Of a DNA stretch of 64,000 bases, positions 24,892-34,532 are shown one piece after another (within the stretch, counting starts at the first letter, position 1; each line of letters begins with the position of its first letter). The position numbers and the translations under genes are program-made. This DNA is from a bacterium (lineage in GTDB: Bacteria > Patescibacteriota > Microgenomatia > Levybacterales > UBA12049), in NCBI GenBank assembly GCA_021791545.1, contig JAJYWL010000007.1, positions 3,972 through 67,971 of the forward strand. The letters run 5' to 3'. The notes under the pieces are model-generated. The model was given only the letters and a program-made list of their open reading frames with translations. It searched no databases and was not told the origin of the DNA.

Positions 24892-25620
24892 TTAGTATGT
24901 TGGTGTTGCAATAAAATTGATTACATTGGTGTAAAGTCCTGCCGCTTGTACAGCAGAAACATTTAGCTTATATGTTATTGTTGCTTGTCTATTTCTTCCG
25001 ACATTTGAAGAACTCATTACTGTTACTGCAGAAGGGGAAGCGGCAAAAGGTCTGAAGTATGTGGAGTTTACAAAGTCAGTTGAACAATCTGTTCCGCTAA
25101 CGTTGGTGCAGTTATAACCAAATCCGAAAGTTCCCGGCAAAGTCCATGCTCTTGCGGTAGTTGTCGTACATGTGCCCGAGTCGCATGTAGTATCGGGTAT
25201 ATCTATTCCTTTTGCATTAAGTCTTAGAGGATGGTTTTCGGATGCAGTTACTATGTAGCCACCGGCAGATCCGTTCGAAACTGTTAATGTACTTGTTCTG
25301 GTTACGGCATTTGTTGCAAAGACAGGACCGAAGTCAATATTTAGCCCTGTTATCTTAAAGGAGAAGGGAATAATGGACATTATATATTGGAAACCTCCCC
25401 TTACTCTGTAATTTACTCCGGTTAAGCTATAAAAACCGTTAGCAGTCTGTCCTGCGGTAAAGCCTAAGGCATAACCTGAGCCTGTCGGATGGCCGGAAGA
25501 CATATTGAGATTTCCCATCCTTATGATATAAAAGCCGTTAGACATAGTCTGAGCCTTAACAATAGAGGCTGTAAGAAGTATTAGAAGAGTTGTGAAAAGG
25601 ACAGCCAGGAAATATTTCAT
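24892..25620 (-). CDS. Small secreted WxL-like protein
   Basis: Signal peptide; LTVSNGSAGGYIVTA, matching 22382..23827; paired Cys; C-terminus AAGLYTNVINFIATPTY. Confidence 0.6.
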   Translation of the reverse strand: MKYFLAVLFTTLLILLTASIVKAQTMSNGFYIIRMGNLNMSSGHPTGSGYALGFTAGQTANGFYSLTGVNYRVRGGFQYIMSIIPFSFKITGLNIDFGPVFATNAVTRTSTLTVSNGSAGGYIVTASENHPLRLNAKGIDIPDTTCDSGTCTTTTARAWTLPGTFGFGYNCTNVSGTDCSTDFVNSTYFRPFAASPSAVTVMSSSNVGRNRQATITYKLNVSAVQAAGLYTNVINFIATPTY

Positions 25621-26255
25621 AGATTATTTGAACTTTCTCTTCTTAGATCTTCGGTTTCTTCCAAGACTTCATTGAGTTTTTCCATATCTTCTGGTCTTAG
25701 GTTCTGTTTTTCTTCTTTTATCACTCTATCTATATCTTTTGCGATTGTGTCTGCAGCTTCTTGGGTTCTTTCTTCAAGTTCTTCAATTTTTTCTTCTTCC
25801 TGGTCTCTTAATCTATATTCCTTTCCGAAAAAGTAGGCAAGGGGTCCGATCAAGACAAGGCTTAAAAGTTTTAGAAGATTGACTGTAAAGTCTCCCTGAG
25901 AAAGAGAAGGAACAAAAACAAGGAAAGCACCCAATATGAAAATAAAAACGGAGGCGGGTTCAAATACAAAAGCTATTCCGAAAGAAAGGAAGTATAGGAG
26001 GAAGAAGACGGACGATGAGATATTTCCGGTTGAGAATATAACTAAAAGTATAATCGAGGATAGAAGAAATATTCCAAAAGGATTTCCTCCCATCGTAAGG
26101 AAGCCTTTGCCTCTGTTTCTCAAGGAGATAAAAAGATAGAGGACAATAAAGATTGCAAGAAGTTGGACATTTATGGCTGAAAGTGGAGTTTGTTGCCATG
26201 CAAAGACAAGGATAAAGGAAGTAAGGAGTACAAGGCAGTGTTCTAAAAGCTTCAT
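25617..26255 (-). CDS. Hypothetical multi-TM membrane protein with acidic coiled-coil tail
   Basis: 5-6 hydrophobic segments followed by an E/K-rich helix; overlaps the next start (ATGA), so co-operonic. Confidence 0.7.
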   Translation of the reverse strand: MKLLEHCLVLLTSFILVFAWQQTPLSAINVQLLAIFIVLYLFISLRNRGKGFLTMGGNPFGIFLLSSIILLVIFSTGNISSSVFFLLYFLSFGIAFVFEPASVFIFILGAFLVFVPSLSQGDFTVNLLKLLSLVLIGPLAYFFGKEYRLRDQEEEKIEELEERTQEAADTIAKDIDRVIKEEKQNLRPEDMEKLNEVLEETEDLRRESSNNL

Positions 26256-26309
26256 ATAGTTATGGTAGGAGATTTAAGCTTAAAGTTCAAGTCTGATATA
26301 ATGGTTGGT

Positions 26310-28625
26310 ATGGACGAGGCAAAGAAAAAAGAAAGATATTTCCCAAAAGAAATAGAAGAAAAGTGGCAAGATAAATGGCAGAAAGAAAATCTATATAAGT
26401 TTAGGGGAGATAGCAAAAAAGAAAAATATTACAACTTGGTAGAACTTCCATATCCTTCTGGTGATTTACATTTAGGGCATTGGTTTGCATTTACTCCGGC
26501 AGACGCACACGCAAGATATAAAAGAATGAGTGGTTTCAACGTCTTCTTTCCCAACGGTTTTGATGCTTTTGGTCTTCCTGCCGAGAATGCAGCAATAAAA
26601 AGAGGAGTACATCCTCAAGACTGGACTATGAAAAATATTGAAACCATGAAAAAGCAGTTTTCGACAATGGGGACCATGATTGACTGGTCACATGAAGTAA
26701 TAACTTGTCTTCCCGAGTATTACAGATGGAATCAATGGATATTCATAAAGATGTTCGAGAAAGGCCTCGCCTACAGAGGTAAAGCACTATCAAACTGGTG
26801 TCCAGTAGATCAAACAGTACTAGCTAACGAACATATAGAGAATGGAAAATGCTGGAGGTGTGGCTCCGAAGTAGTTCAAAAGGAAGTAGAACAGTGGTTT
26901 TTGGGTATAACGAAATATGCGGAGAGCTTAATTTGGCCTGAAGAACCCAAGGTAGATTGGCCTAAATCGGTAAGAGAAGGCCAGAATAATTGGATTGGCA
27001 GATCAGAAGGCATGATGCTAAAGTTTAAAATTTCTAAAAAAGACGGTCAATCCAAGCTAAACATGGATGAGATAACTGTCTTTACAACGCGTCCCGATAC
27101 GACTGACGGCGCAACTTTTGTCGTAGTTGCTCCTGAACATCCTTTTGCTCAACAAATTGGTCTGGAAAATGTAAAACAATATATCAAAGAAGCTCAAAAG
27201 AAGACAGAAATGGAGAGAAAAGAGGAAAAAGTAAAAACAGGAGTATTTAGTGGAGAATACGCAGTAAACCCCGTAACAGGTAAGGAGATTCCTATCTGGA
27301 TAGCAGATTACGTTCTTGCAACATATGGAACTGGTGCAATTATGGCTGTTCCTTTTGCTGACGAAAGAGATAAGGATTTTGCCGAAAAGTTTGATCTTCC
27401 TATCGAGAAGACAGATTTTGAAGCTAAACCAGACGGAGAAAAGGTAGTCCAGTATCATTTAAGAGATTGGTCCATATCAAGGCAAAGATATTGGGGAACT
27501 CCTGTTCCTATGATTCACTGTGAAAAATGCGGGATCGTGCCTGTTCCCTATGAAGATCTACCAGTTGAGCTTCCTTATAACGTAGATTACACGCCTAAAG
27601 GCAAACCTCCATTAGCAACAGATGAAGAGTGGCTAAATACAAAGTGTCCTAAATGCGAGGGGGAAGCTAAAAGAGATGCGGAAACACTGGATACTTTCTT
27701 CGATTCTGCCTGGTACTACTATAGATACGTATCTTCTCATTATGAAAGAGGGCCTTTTAGTGAAGACGAGGTGAGAGCGCTAATGCCTGTTGATGTGTAT
27801 TTTGGAGGCTCGGAACACACTTTGGGCCATACTTTATATGCCAGATTCTTCACGAAGTTCTTTAAGGACTTGGGTTTAATAGGATTTGATGAATTTGCCA
27901 AGAAAAGAGTCCAGCACGGAGTAATTCTTGGGCCAGACGGGAACAGGATGAGTAAATCGAGGGGAAATGTCGTAAATCCGGATGATATTGTAAAAGAATA
28001 TGGTACAGATGCTGTCAGACTATATCTTTGTTTCATGATGCCTTATGAGGCAACCGCTCCATGGTCTACAGATGCTATCTCCGGAATCTACAGATTTCTT
28101 CATAGAGTCTGGGATTTACGAAATAAAGTCGAAGATGGTGCGAAAATGGACAAAAATGATCTCGTTTTCATGAACCAGACAATAAAAAAGGTGGGAGATG
28201 ACTTAAATAGCCTCGAATTTAACACCGCAGTATCTTCGCTCATGACTTGGTTAAATCATTTGGAAGCTAAAAAAGCAATTACAATGGATGAGTGCTACGT
28301 TTTTATAAAGATTCTTGCTCCTTTTGCTCCATATATGACAGAAGAGCTGCGTGAAAAGTTGGGTTATAAAACATCAATTCACCTTGAAAAATGGCCTGAA
28401 TATGATGAGGCTTATCTAACTGGGGATAAGGTTACTTTTGCGGTCCAGATAAACGGAAAAACAAGAGATACGGTAGAAATTGAGGCTGAGTATATGGCTG
28501 ATGAAGATAAAGTTTCGCAAATTGTTAAGGAGAGCGCTAAGGTTTCTAAGTATTTAGAGGGTAAGGATATTGTGAAAACAATCTTTGTTAAAGGTAAAAT
28601 AATAAATTTTGTGGTAAAGAATTAG
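26310..28625 (+). CDS. leuS: Leucine--tRNA ligase
   Basis: PYPSGDLHLGH (HIGH), GFDAFGLPAENAA, FTTRPDT and GTGAIMAVP editing domain, DWSISRQRYWG, RMSKS. Start at 26310 inferred from TATAAT at 26297-26302. Confidence 0.97.
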   Translation: MDEAKKKERYFPKEIEEKWQDKWQKENLYKFRGDSKKEKYYNLVELPYPSGDLHLGHWFAFTPADAHARYKRMSGFNVFFPNGFDAFGLPAENAAIKRGVHPQDWTMKNIETMKKQFSTMGTMIDWSHEVITCLPEYYRWNQWIFIKMFEKGLAYRGKALSNWCPVDQTVLANEHIENGKCWRCGSEVVQKEVEQWFLGITKYAESLIWPEEPKVDWPKSVREGQNNWIGRSEGMMLKFKISKKDGQSKLNMDEITVFTTRPDTTDGATFVVVAPEHPFAQQIGLENVKQYIKEAQKKTEMERKEEKVKTGVFSGEYAVNPVTGKEIPIWIADYVLATYGTGAIMAVPFADERDKDFAEKFDLPIEKTDFEAKPDGEKVVQYHLRDWSISRQRYWGTPVPMIHCEKCGIVPVPYEDLPVELPYNVDYTPKGKPPLATDEEWLNTKCPKCEGEAKRDAETLDTFFDSAWYYYRYVSSHYERGPFSEDEVRALMPVDVYFGGSEHTLGHTLYARFFTKFFKDLGLIGFDEFAKKRVQHGVILGPDGNRMSKSRGNVVNPDDIVKEYGTDAVRLYLCFMMPYEATAPWSTDAISGIYRFLHRVWDLRNKVEDGAKMDKNDLVFMNQTIKKVGDDLNSLEFNTAVSSLMTWLNHLEAKKAITMDECYVFIKILAPFAPYMTEELREKLGYKTSIHLEKWPEYDEAYLTGDKVTFAVQINGKTRDTVEIEAEYMADEDKVSQIVKESAKVSKYLEGKDIVKTIFVKGKIINFVVKN

Positions 28626-28632
28626 CCTTCCA

Positions 28633-29220
28633 ATGGATACAGAACAGCTAAAGGAAAGATATTTGCCTCTTTTAAAAAGGAATTGGATTCCTTTGCTTCT
28701 TGGTTTGATAGGTTTATTGCTTCTAAGTTATGGTTTGATATCTTTATTGTCTTCAAACGAGAAAGATACGGTCGTAATAGAAAAATCTGAAGATAATAAT
28801 GTTTCTTCAAAGATAAAAGTAGATGTTGAGGGTGCAGTTGTGAAGCCGGGAGTATATGAATTGGATAATACGGCAAGAATACAAGACGCCTTAATAGCAG
28901 CGGGAGGCTTCTCAGCCTCAGCGGATAGGACTATTGTATCTAAAAAACTGAATTTAGCTTCAAGACTTGTTGACGGATCCAAGATATATATTCCTCAGAA
29001 AGGGGAGGAGACGATATTGACATCATCCGGCTCGGTGGAAGGGACTATAAATATAAATAGTGCAACAGCAGAACAGCTCGATACTCTTTCGGGTATAGGA
29101 CCTACAACCGCAGAAAAGATTATAAATCTGAGACCTTATTCTTCGCTTGAGGATTTGGTGACAAAAAAAGCAGTAAGTCAGAAAGTATTTGATAGCATTA
29201 AAGACAAGATAAGTCTTTAA
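28633..29220 (+). CDS. comEA: Competence DNA receptor ComEA
   Basis: N-terminal TM, SLBB domain (VDVEGAVVKPGVYEL...AAGG), HhH (ININSATAEQLDTLSGIGPTTAEKII). Confidence 0.93.
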   Translation: MDTEQLKERYLPLLKRNWIPLLLGLIGLLLLSYGLISLLSSNEKDTVVIEKSEDNNVSSKIKVDVEGAVVKPGVYELDNTARIQDALIAAGGFSASADRTIVSKKLNLASRLVDGSKIYIPQKGEETILTSSGSVEGTININSATAEQLDTLSGIGPTTAEKIINLRPYSSLEDLVTKKAVSQKVFDSIKDKISL

Positions 29221-29224
29221 ATTT

Positions 29225-30460
29225 ATGCCCGACAAAAAATTTCTTCTCCCTGCAATTCTTTTATTCCTTTTTTTGTCTTTAAGATTTATTTATTACTTTT
29301 CGCATCAAGAAAATTTAAGACCAGGGGAGAACCTGAGTTTTACTACTGCTATTTTATCTTCTGTAAACAGGTCCGGCTCTTTCCAGACCTTTACTGTCGA
29401 GACACCCGGAGGAACAAATGTTTTAATAGTTGCAGACAATAAAAAAGATTACTCTTACGGAGATAGTCTAAAAATCGTTGGCACTGTTAATAGGAAAGTG
29501 CTAGACAACGGAAAGAGCATTTTTGTAATTTTCACGCCGAAAATTGAATCTAATTTCCGTGAAAATAATTGGTTTTTGGCAATTACGTTAAACATCCGAC
29601 AAAGATTTGTAGACTTTTTTGAAAGGATTTTGCCCCAAAAAGAAGCGTCGTTATTGTTGGGGATAGTGTTTGGAATCAAAGAAAATATACCTAAGGATTT
29701 TAACGAAATACTCAGAAATTCAGGAGTTTTGCATGTAATTGCTGCGTCGGGTATGAATGTCACTTTAGTTGCGGGTTTCATAAGCGGACTTTTAGGATAC
29801 TTTTTAAATAGAAGAGTGGCTCTTTTAATTAGTCTTCTTGCTATTATCTTTTATGCTTCTCTTGCAGGTTTTGCTCCTTCAATTGTTAGGGCTTCTGTAA
29901 TGGGAGTTGTAGTTTTTTCGGCTCAAATAATCGGAAGGCAAGCTTTTGGTCTTTACAGTCTTTTTCTTGCCGCCGGAGCAATGCTTTTTTATGATCCCGG
30001 TCTTATCTCGGACATTGGCTTTCAGCTTTCTTTTTCGGCCACCTTGGGAATTTTGTTTATAAAACCTATTTTTGATTCTAAAAAAGTGTTTAAAAAAATC
30101 TTTTTTGAAGATTTTGCCACAACGGTTTCCGCTCAAATAGCCACAATCCCAATAATGTTTGCTAATTTTGGTACTTATTCGTTGGTTTCTGTCATAGCCA
30201 ATGTGCTAGTTTTATGGACTATTCCTCCTCTTATGGTTATTGGGGGAATAGGAGGAATAATAGGTATATTGTGGGGAGGATTTGGCTCATTGTTTTTATA
30301 CCTATGCCTTCCTTTGCTCTTCTTTTTCGAAAAGGTCGTGAGTTTCTGGGGAAGTAAAGGTTATTTGTTTAGCTTTGAAGGCCTTTCTTGGGAGTTTTTC
30401 CTAGGCTATTATCTTCTTATCGTTTCTTTTATAATCTTTCTAAGAAAGAATGAAGCCTAA
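29225..30460 (+). CDS. comEC: ComEC/Rec2 competence channel (membrane part)
   Basis: SGVLHVIAASGMNV, PSIVRA, DIGFQLSFSATLGI; multiple TM helices. Confidence 0.92.
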   Translation: MPDKKFLLPAILLFLFLSLRFIYYFSHQENLRPGENLSFTTAILSSVNRSGSFQTFTVETPGGTNVLIVADNKKDYSYGDSLKIVGTVNRKVLDNGKSIFVIFTPKIESNFRENNWFLAITLNIRQRFVDFFERILPQKEASLLLGIVFGIKENIPKDFNEILRNSGVLHVIAASGMNVTLVAGFISGLLGYFLNRRVALLISLLAIIFYASLAGFAPSIVRASVMGVVVFSAQIIGRQAFGLYSLFLAAGAMLFYDPGLISDIGFQLSFSATLGILFIKPIFDSKKVFKKIFFEDFATTVSAQIATIPIMFANFGTYSLVSVIANVLVLWTIPPLMVIGGIGGIIGILWGGFGSLFLYLCLPLLFFFEKVVSFWGSKGYLFSFEGLSWEFFLGYYLLIVSFIIFLRKNEA

Positions 30461-31304
30461 AGGTATAATCTCTTTGATAATTTTGGTTTTAGCCTTGGTT
30501 GGTCTTTATATTTATCAGAGTCTGGTTTTCTTTGACGGTAAACTTCATGTTGTAGTTTGTAATGTAGGGCAGGGAGACGCAATATTCATCAGAACTTCCG
30601 ATGCCAAAGATATCCTTATTGACGGAGGCCCGGATAATTCCGTCTTAGATTGTCTTTCAAACCATATGCCTTTCTGGGATAGGGATATAGAGCTTGTTAT
30701 GCTTTCTCATCCTCATTCCGACCACTATACGGGGCTATTAGAGGTGATGAAAAGATATAAAGTGATACATTATGTTACTGAAAAAGTTGAAAATGGTGAA
30801 AATGAGGTTTCAAAACTTAATAAAGAATTAGCAGACAAGAATTTGAATGCTAAGCACCTTTTAAGAGGAGATAAGATTGATATTTCGGGCCAAACTCAAC
30901 TATTAACTTTATGGCCGGAGAAGGGAATGGCTAAATTAGGCAAGGATACAGATATAAATGGATCGGGATTGATAGAACTTCTTACTTTCCAAAGCTTTAA
31001 GATGCTTTTGACAGACGATGTTGGCTATAAATCCGAAGAATTAGCTTCAAGTGGGATAGGTATGATAGACGTCCTAAAAGTACCTCATCACGGCTCTTCA
31101 ACGGGCATGAGCAAAGATTTTCTAAGTAATACGGATCCTAGGCTTGCCGTTATTTCCGTGGGAAAGGGAAACTCCTTTGGACATCCCGCTTTGACCTCAC
31201 TTAACCTTCTTAAAGAGGATAATATTAAAACTCTTAGAACAGACATGGATGGGGAAGTGGAGATCGTAAGTGACGGAAAGAGTTTTACCTATAAAACTAA
31301 TTGA
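30450..31304 (+). CDS. ComEC-type metallo-beta-lactamase-fold nuclease (separate gene)
   Basis: NVGQGDA, LIDGG, HPHSDH, LKVPHHGS, ISVGKGNSFGHP, RTDMDG. Confidence 0.9.
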   Translation: MKPKGIISLIILVLALVGLYIYQSLVFFDGKLHVVVCNVGQGDAIFIRTSDAKDILIDGGPDNSVLDCLSNHMPFWDRDIELVMLSHPHSDHYTGLLEVMKRYKVIHYVTEKVENGENEVSKLNKELADKNLNAKHLLRGDKIDISGQTQLLTLWPEKGMAKLGKDTDINGSGLIELLTFQSFKMLLTDDVGYKSEELASSGIGMIDVLKVPHHGSSTGMSKDFLSNTDPRLAVISVGKGNSFGHPALTSLNLLKEDNIKTLRTDMDGEVEIVSDGKSFTYKTN

Positions 31305-32991
31305 TTGTAGCGACGGGTTTAAGCGTATTCTGCCTTATAAGATCTTCTTTTTCATCTAAAGGAAGATAGAAGAAGATTTCGGTCCCTTTTCCTTCTTCCG
31401 ATTCTACCCCTACTGTCCCTCCATGAGCTTCTACTATACCTTTTGTTATATATAATCCCAGTCCTGACCCTTTTTTGGAAAGTTCCAAGGGGTTATTCTG
31501 GATCTGATAATACTTAGAGAAAAGGTCTTTTTGTTCGTCTTTTGGGATACCTATTCCGTTATCGCTTACAGACACCCTTAGCATATTTCCTTCGATTTTT
31601 GTCTTAACTGTTATTGTTCCTCCTTCGTTTGTGAACTTAAGGCTATTTGATATCAGGTTATTGAGGACTTGGGTAAGATGAACGCTATCGAATGAGAATT
31701 GAGGAATTGCTACGGGTATCTCGTTTTTAAGCGTTATCTGTTTTTTCATTGCTTGTGGAGTAAAAGCGTCCGTTACTTCTTTTATTAGCTTTGTTATATC
31801 GTTTTTATCCTTTTTTATCGTAAACTTTCCGGCTTCCATTTTCGCTGCATCCAAGACTATCCCTATCTGTTCAAGCATGCTTTTGGATTGTTTATCGACT
31901 ATTGTAAGTAGCTTTAGTTTTTCTTCTTTTCCAAGATCTTCTTCCATCATAAGTTCTGCGGAATCCTTTATTGCAGAAAGAGGTGCTCTTAATTCATGCA
32001 CCATCATGTTGGTGAAGTCTTCCTTAATCTTACTGATGTTTTTCTCGACCGTGATGTCATGAAGGAGTATAGAGGCTCCTATTGGTGCTTCGCTCTGGTC
32101 TTGTTTGAGTCTTTTTACGGGAGTTACAAATATCTGAAAGAATCTTGTTCCGATTTGTACCTCCTTGTCTTCAACAGTCGTATTTTCTTTTATTGCCTTA
32201 TCTATTTTTGAAGCCAGATCAAAGGGGGAGAAGGCTACCTGTATATGATAGAAGTTGGCATTGGGAGGAAGATTCAAAAAGTTTTTAGCTGCATCGTTTA
32301 TTATCGAAAGGTTTTTATGCATATCTACCATGAAAACACCGTCTGCAAGGCTTCCTATCATTGAGGTAAGTTTACTTTTCTCCGTCTCAAGAAGATTCTC
32401 AAGCCTTGAAAGAGCAACAGAAGCCTGTTCGGTTATCTGATACAAAAGAGTCGTCTTATCTTCCTTATATAGGTTGGGAGTAGTAGAAGAAACGTTAATA
32501 AGTCCTACGACTTTATTATTTACGATAAGAGGAATATTGAAAAAGGATGCTACCGGAGCTAATTTAGATTCGTCAATGGTAACACCATACAGTCTTTCAT
32601 CTATCTGGGTAGGGGTTTTCTCTAAAAGTGCGCTCATGGAGTTTACCATGCTTTCCTTAACCTGCCTTATGAAGGCTGAATTTACGTTTTCATCAAGGGT
32701 TGTCTTTAAGATTATCCTGTCTTCCTTTACGACCATTGAGGAGGCTGTGGAATAGGGAAGAAGGTGTTTAAGGCTTCCGGTTATTACGTCTATTATCTTT
32801 TCGATATCCAAAGAATATCCTATTCTATTTTGAATTTCTCTAAGTATTGTTATCTGGTAGATTTTCTGTTTTTGAAGTTCTTCTCTTTTTGCAAGCTCTC
32901 TTCTTATATAGAAGTTTCTAAATAACAGAAAGATTGCTAGGAAATCCAGGGCAGTTGTTAAAAATACCCAAAATGAGGTTAAGAAAGACAT
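31297..32991 (-). CDS. Sensor histidine kinase (TM-GAF-PAS-HisKA-HATPase)
   Basis: HELRAPL H-box, NLISNSLKF N-box, DNGIGI, GSGLGL; GAF (IPLIVNNKVVGLI) and PAS-like regions. Confidence 0.93.
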   Translation of the reverse strand: MSFLTSFWVFLTTALDFLAIFLLFRNFYIRRELAKREELQKQKIYQITILREIQNRIGYSLDIEKIIDVITGSLKHLLPYSTASSMVVKEDRIILKTTLDENVNSAFIRQVKESMVNSMSALLEKTPTQIDERLYGVTIDESKLAPVASFFNIPLIVNNKVVGLINVSSTTPNLYKEDKTTLLYQITEQASVALSRLENLLETEKSKLTSMIGSLADGVFMVDMHKNLSIINDAAKNFLNLPPNANFYHIQVAFSPFDLASKIDKAIKENTTVEDKEVQIGTRFFQIFVTPVKRLKQDQSEAPIGASILLHDITVEKNISKIKEDFTNMMVHELRAPLSAIKDSAELMMEEDLGKEEKLKLLTIVDKQSKSMLEQIGIVLDAAKMEAGKFTIKKDKNDITKLIKEVTDAFTPQAMKKQITLKNEIPVAIPQFSFDSVHLTQVLNNLISNSLKFTNEGGTITVKTKIEGNMLRVSVSDNGIGIPKDEQKDLFSKYYQIQNNPLELSKKGSGLGLYITKGIVEAHGGTVGVESEEGKGTEIFFYLPLDEKEDLIRQNTLKPVATIN

Positions 32992-32997
32992 AGGCAG

Positions 32998-33342
32998 TTA
33001 GTTTGTTAATGATTCGAGCTTATCTCCGGTTTTCTTGCTCCCGATTACTATCGTATAGGTGCCGGCGATGAAAAGAAGTTCTTCTATTATCGACAAGACA
33101 ACTCCCACTGCTCCCAAATCCGATCTCGCTATTAAAAGATAGCTTTTTACAGCCTCCATAAGGATTCCGCCGGCTATAAGAAGAACTCCTATTGCTATGA
33201 CTTTAAATCCCGTTGCCAAAATACCCGTACCGAATTTCTTTCTTACCTGCCACATTACCAAAGCTCCTACTATGGCTGCAAAAGCGGAAATAAATGTTCC
33301 CGCTTCAATCACTACTGTTAATAATCTTTGTGAATCAATCAT
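32998..33342 (-). CDS. Small 3-TM membrane protein in the two-component operon
   Basis: Three hydrophobic segments; tightly packed between the kinase and the upstream ORF. Confidence 0.7.
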   Translation of the reverse strand: MIDSQRLLTVVIEAGTFISAFAAIVGALVMWQVRKKFGTGILATGFKVIAIGVLLIAGGILMEAVKSYLLIARSDLGAVGVVLSIIEELLFIAGTYTIVIGSKKTGDKLESLTN

Positions 33343-33345
33343 ATC

Positions 33346-33669
33346 TTATGTATTTTGTACAGGACTTTGAGTCGTTTGTGCTTCAACAGTTGGTGTTTGA
33401 AGGGGAACGGTAGGAATGCCCATGGATAAAAGAGGTTCCATTGTCTTTTTTACGATAAGTCCCGAAAGTTGGACAAATTGGTCTATAAGGCCTTGGATTA
33501 GTTCCGGCGGATTTCCCTGTATATCTAGTACTGTTCCATCGTCTGCGACGATTAAACCCTTTACGTTTCTTGCTTTTGCCAGAGTTATGCTTGGCCCAAG
33601 GATGACCATCTGTTTTTTAATTACCTCTGTAAGGAGTTTTTTATAATCTTCGTTGCTTTTAGGTTGCAT
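33346..33669 (-). CDS. Small soluble hypothetical protein in the two-component operon
   Basis: 107-aa ORF translationally coupled to the response regulator (TAATG overlap). Confidence 0.7.
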   Translation of the reverse strand: MQPKSNEDYKKLLTEVIKKQMVILGPSITLAKARNVKGLIVADDGTVLDIQGNPPELIQGLIDQFVQLSGLIVKKTMEPLLSMGIPTVPLQTPTVEAQTTQSPVQNT

Positions 33670-34034
33670 TACTTATTAAGGATGCCGTTTATCTTGTCTA
33701 CTACGTCTTTGGGTTCAACTTGATATTTGAAGACATAATCAACGGCTCCTTGGTCTATTGCCTGTTTTACCAGTTCTTCCTGGCTGAAGTTGGAAAGCAT
33801 TACGATAGGAATATTTTTTGTTGCGTCCTCTGTCTTTAGACTTTTTAGGACCTCATTTCCTGATGTGTCAGGTAGTACCTGATCAAGTAGTACGAGATCG
33901 GGTTTTTCGTTTTTTGCCTTTTCAAGACCTCCTTCGCCTGTCCCGTCCGAAACTACGTCGAAACCTTCTTTTTTCAAGGCTGTGGAAAAGACCGTTACCA
34001 ATGATTCGTCGTCGTCAATAAGGAGTATTTTCAT
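33669..34034 (-). CDS. Single-domain response regulator (receiver only)
   Basis: ILLIDDD, DLVLLD (phospho-Asp), IVMLSN, DYVFK; no output domain. Confidence 0.93.
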   Translation of the reverse strand: MKILLIDDDESLVTVFSTALKKEGFDVVSDGTGEGGLEKAKNEKPDLVLLDQVLPDTSGNEVLKSLKTEDATKNIPIVMLSNFSQEELVKQAIDQGAVDYVFKYQVEPKDVVDKINGILNK

Positions 34035-34079
34035 ACCTAATATTTAAGCTACCAGTTATAGTATTAAAAAGCAAGAGTT

Positions 34080-34436
34080 TTATTTTGCTCTTTGAGGCGC
34101 GGTTCTGGGGTGTCTGACTCTAAACCTGTCAGGGTATCTAAGTCCTTGTATTATTCCGCCTATAGCAACTCCTTTAATGATTGTTAGATACTGGATTCCT
34201 TCAAAATATACGATTGCAATGAGAGCGATTACCGAGAGAACCATCCAATGGTGAATCCAATATGTTTTTCTTCCTATATGTATTTTGAGGTTAGGGGATA
34301 GTTCTAAGACACCAATTTTAACCTTAGGCAGCTTGTCCTTCTTTTTGGAAGGGTGGGTAAGATAAAGAAATAGTACATACCCAAGCCAGGCGAAAAATAA
34401 AAATGTAAAAAGTCCGTTCAAATTTAAGCTTTCCAT
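34080..34436 (-). CDS. Hypothetical membrane protein
   Basis: Three hydrophobic segments, WIHHW motif; start at 34436 or 34460. Confidence 0.65.
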   Translation of the reverse strand: MESLNLNGLFTFLFFAWLGYVLFLYLTHPSKKKDKLPKVKIGVLELSPNLKIHIGRKTYWIHHWMVLSVIALIAIVYFEGIQYLTIIKGVAIGGIIQGLRYPDRFRVRHPRTAPQRAK

Positions 34437-34532
34437 ATATTTTTGCTTAAACATAGGCATTCTATATTAAACACAAATTTAATGCAAGTCCACCAAATTT
34501 GTTCATCTGAATATGCTAAAATCAGAATTACA

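Noticed and set aside
29225-31304. Frameshifted comEC pseudogene
   Set aside because: Both parts have intact motifs, and the second has its own ATG and TM anchor overlapping the first gene's end, so this is a natural split arrangement.
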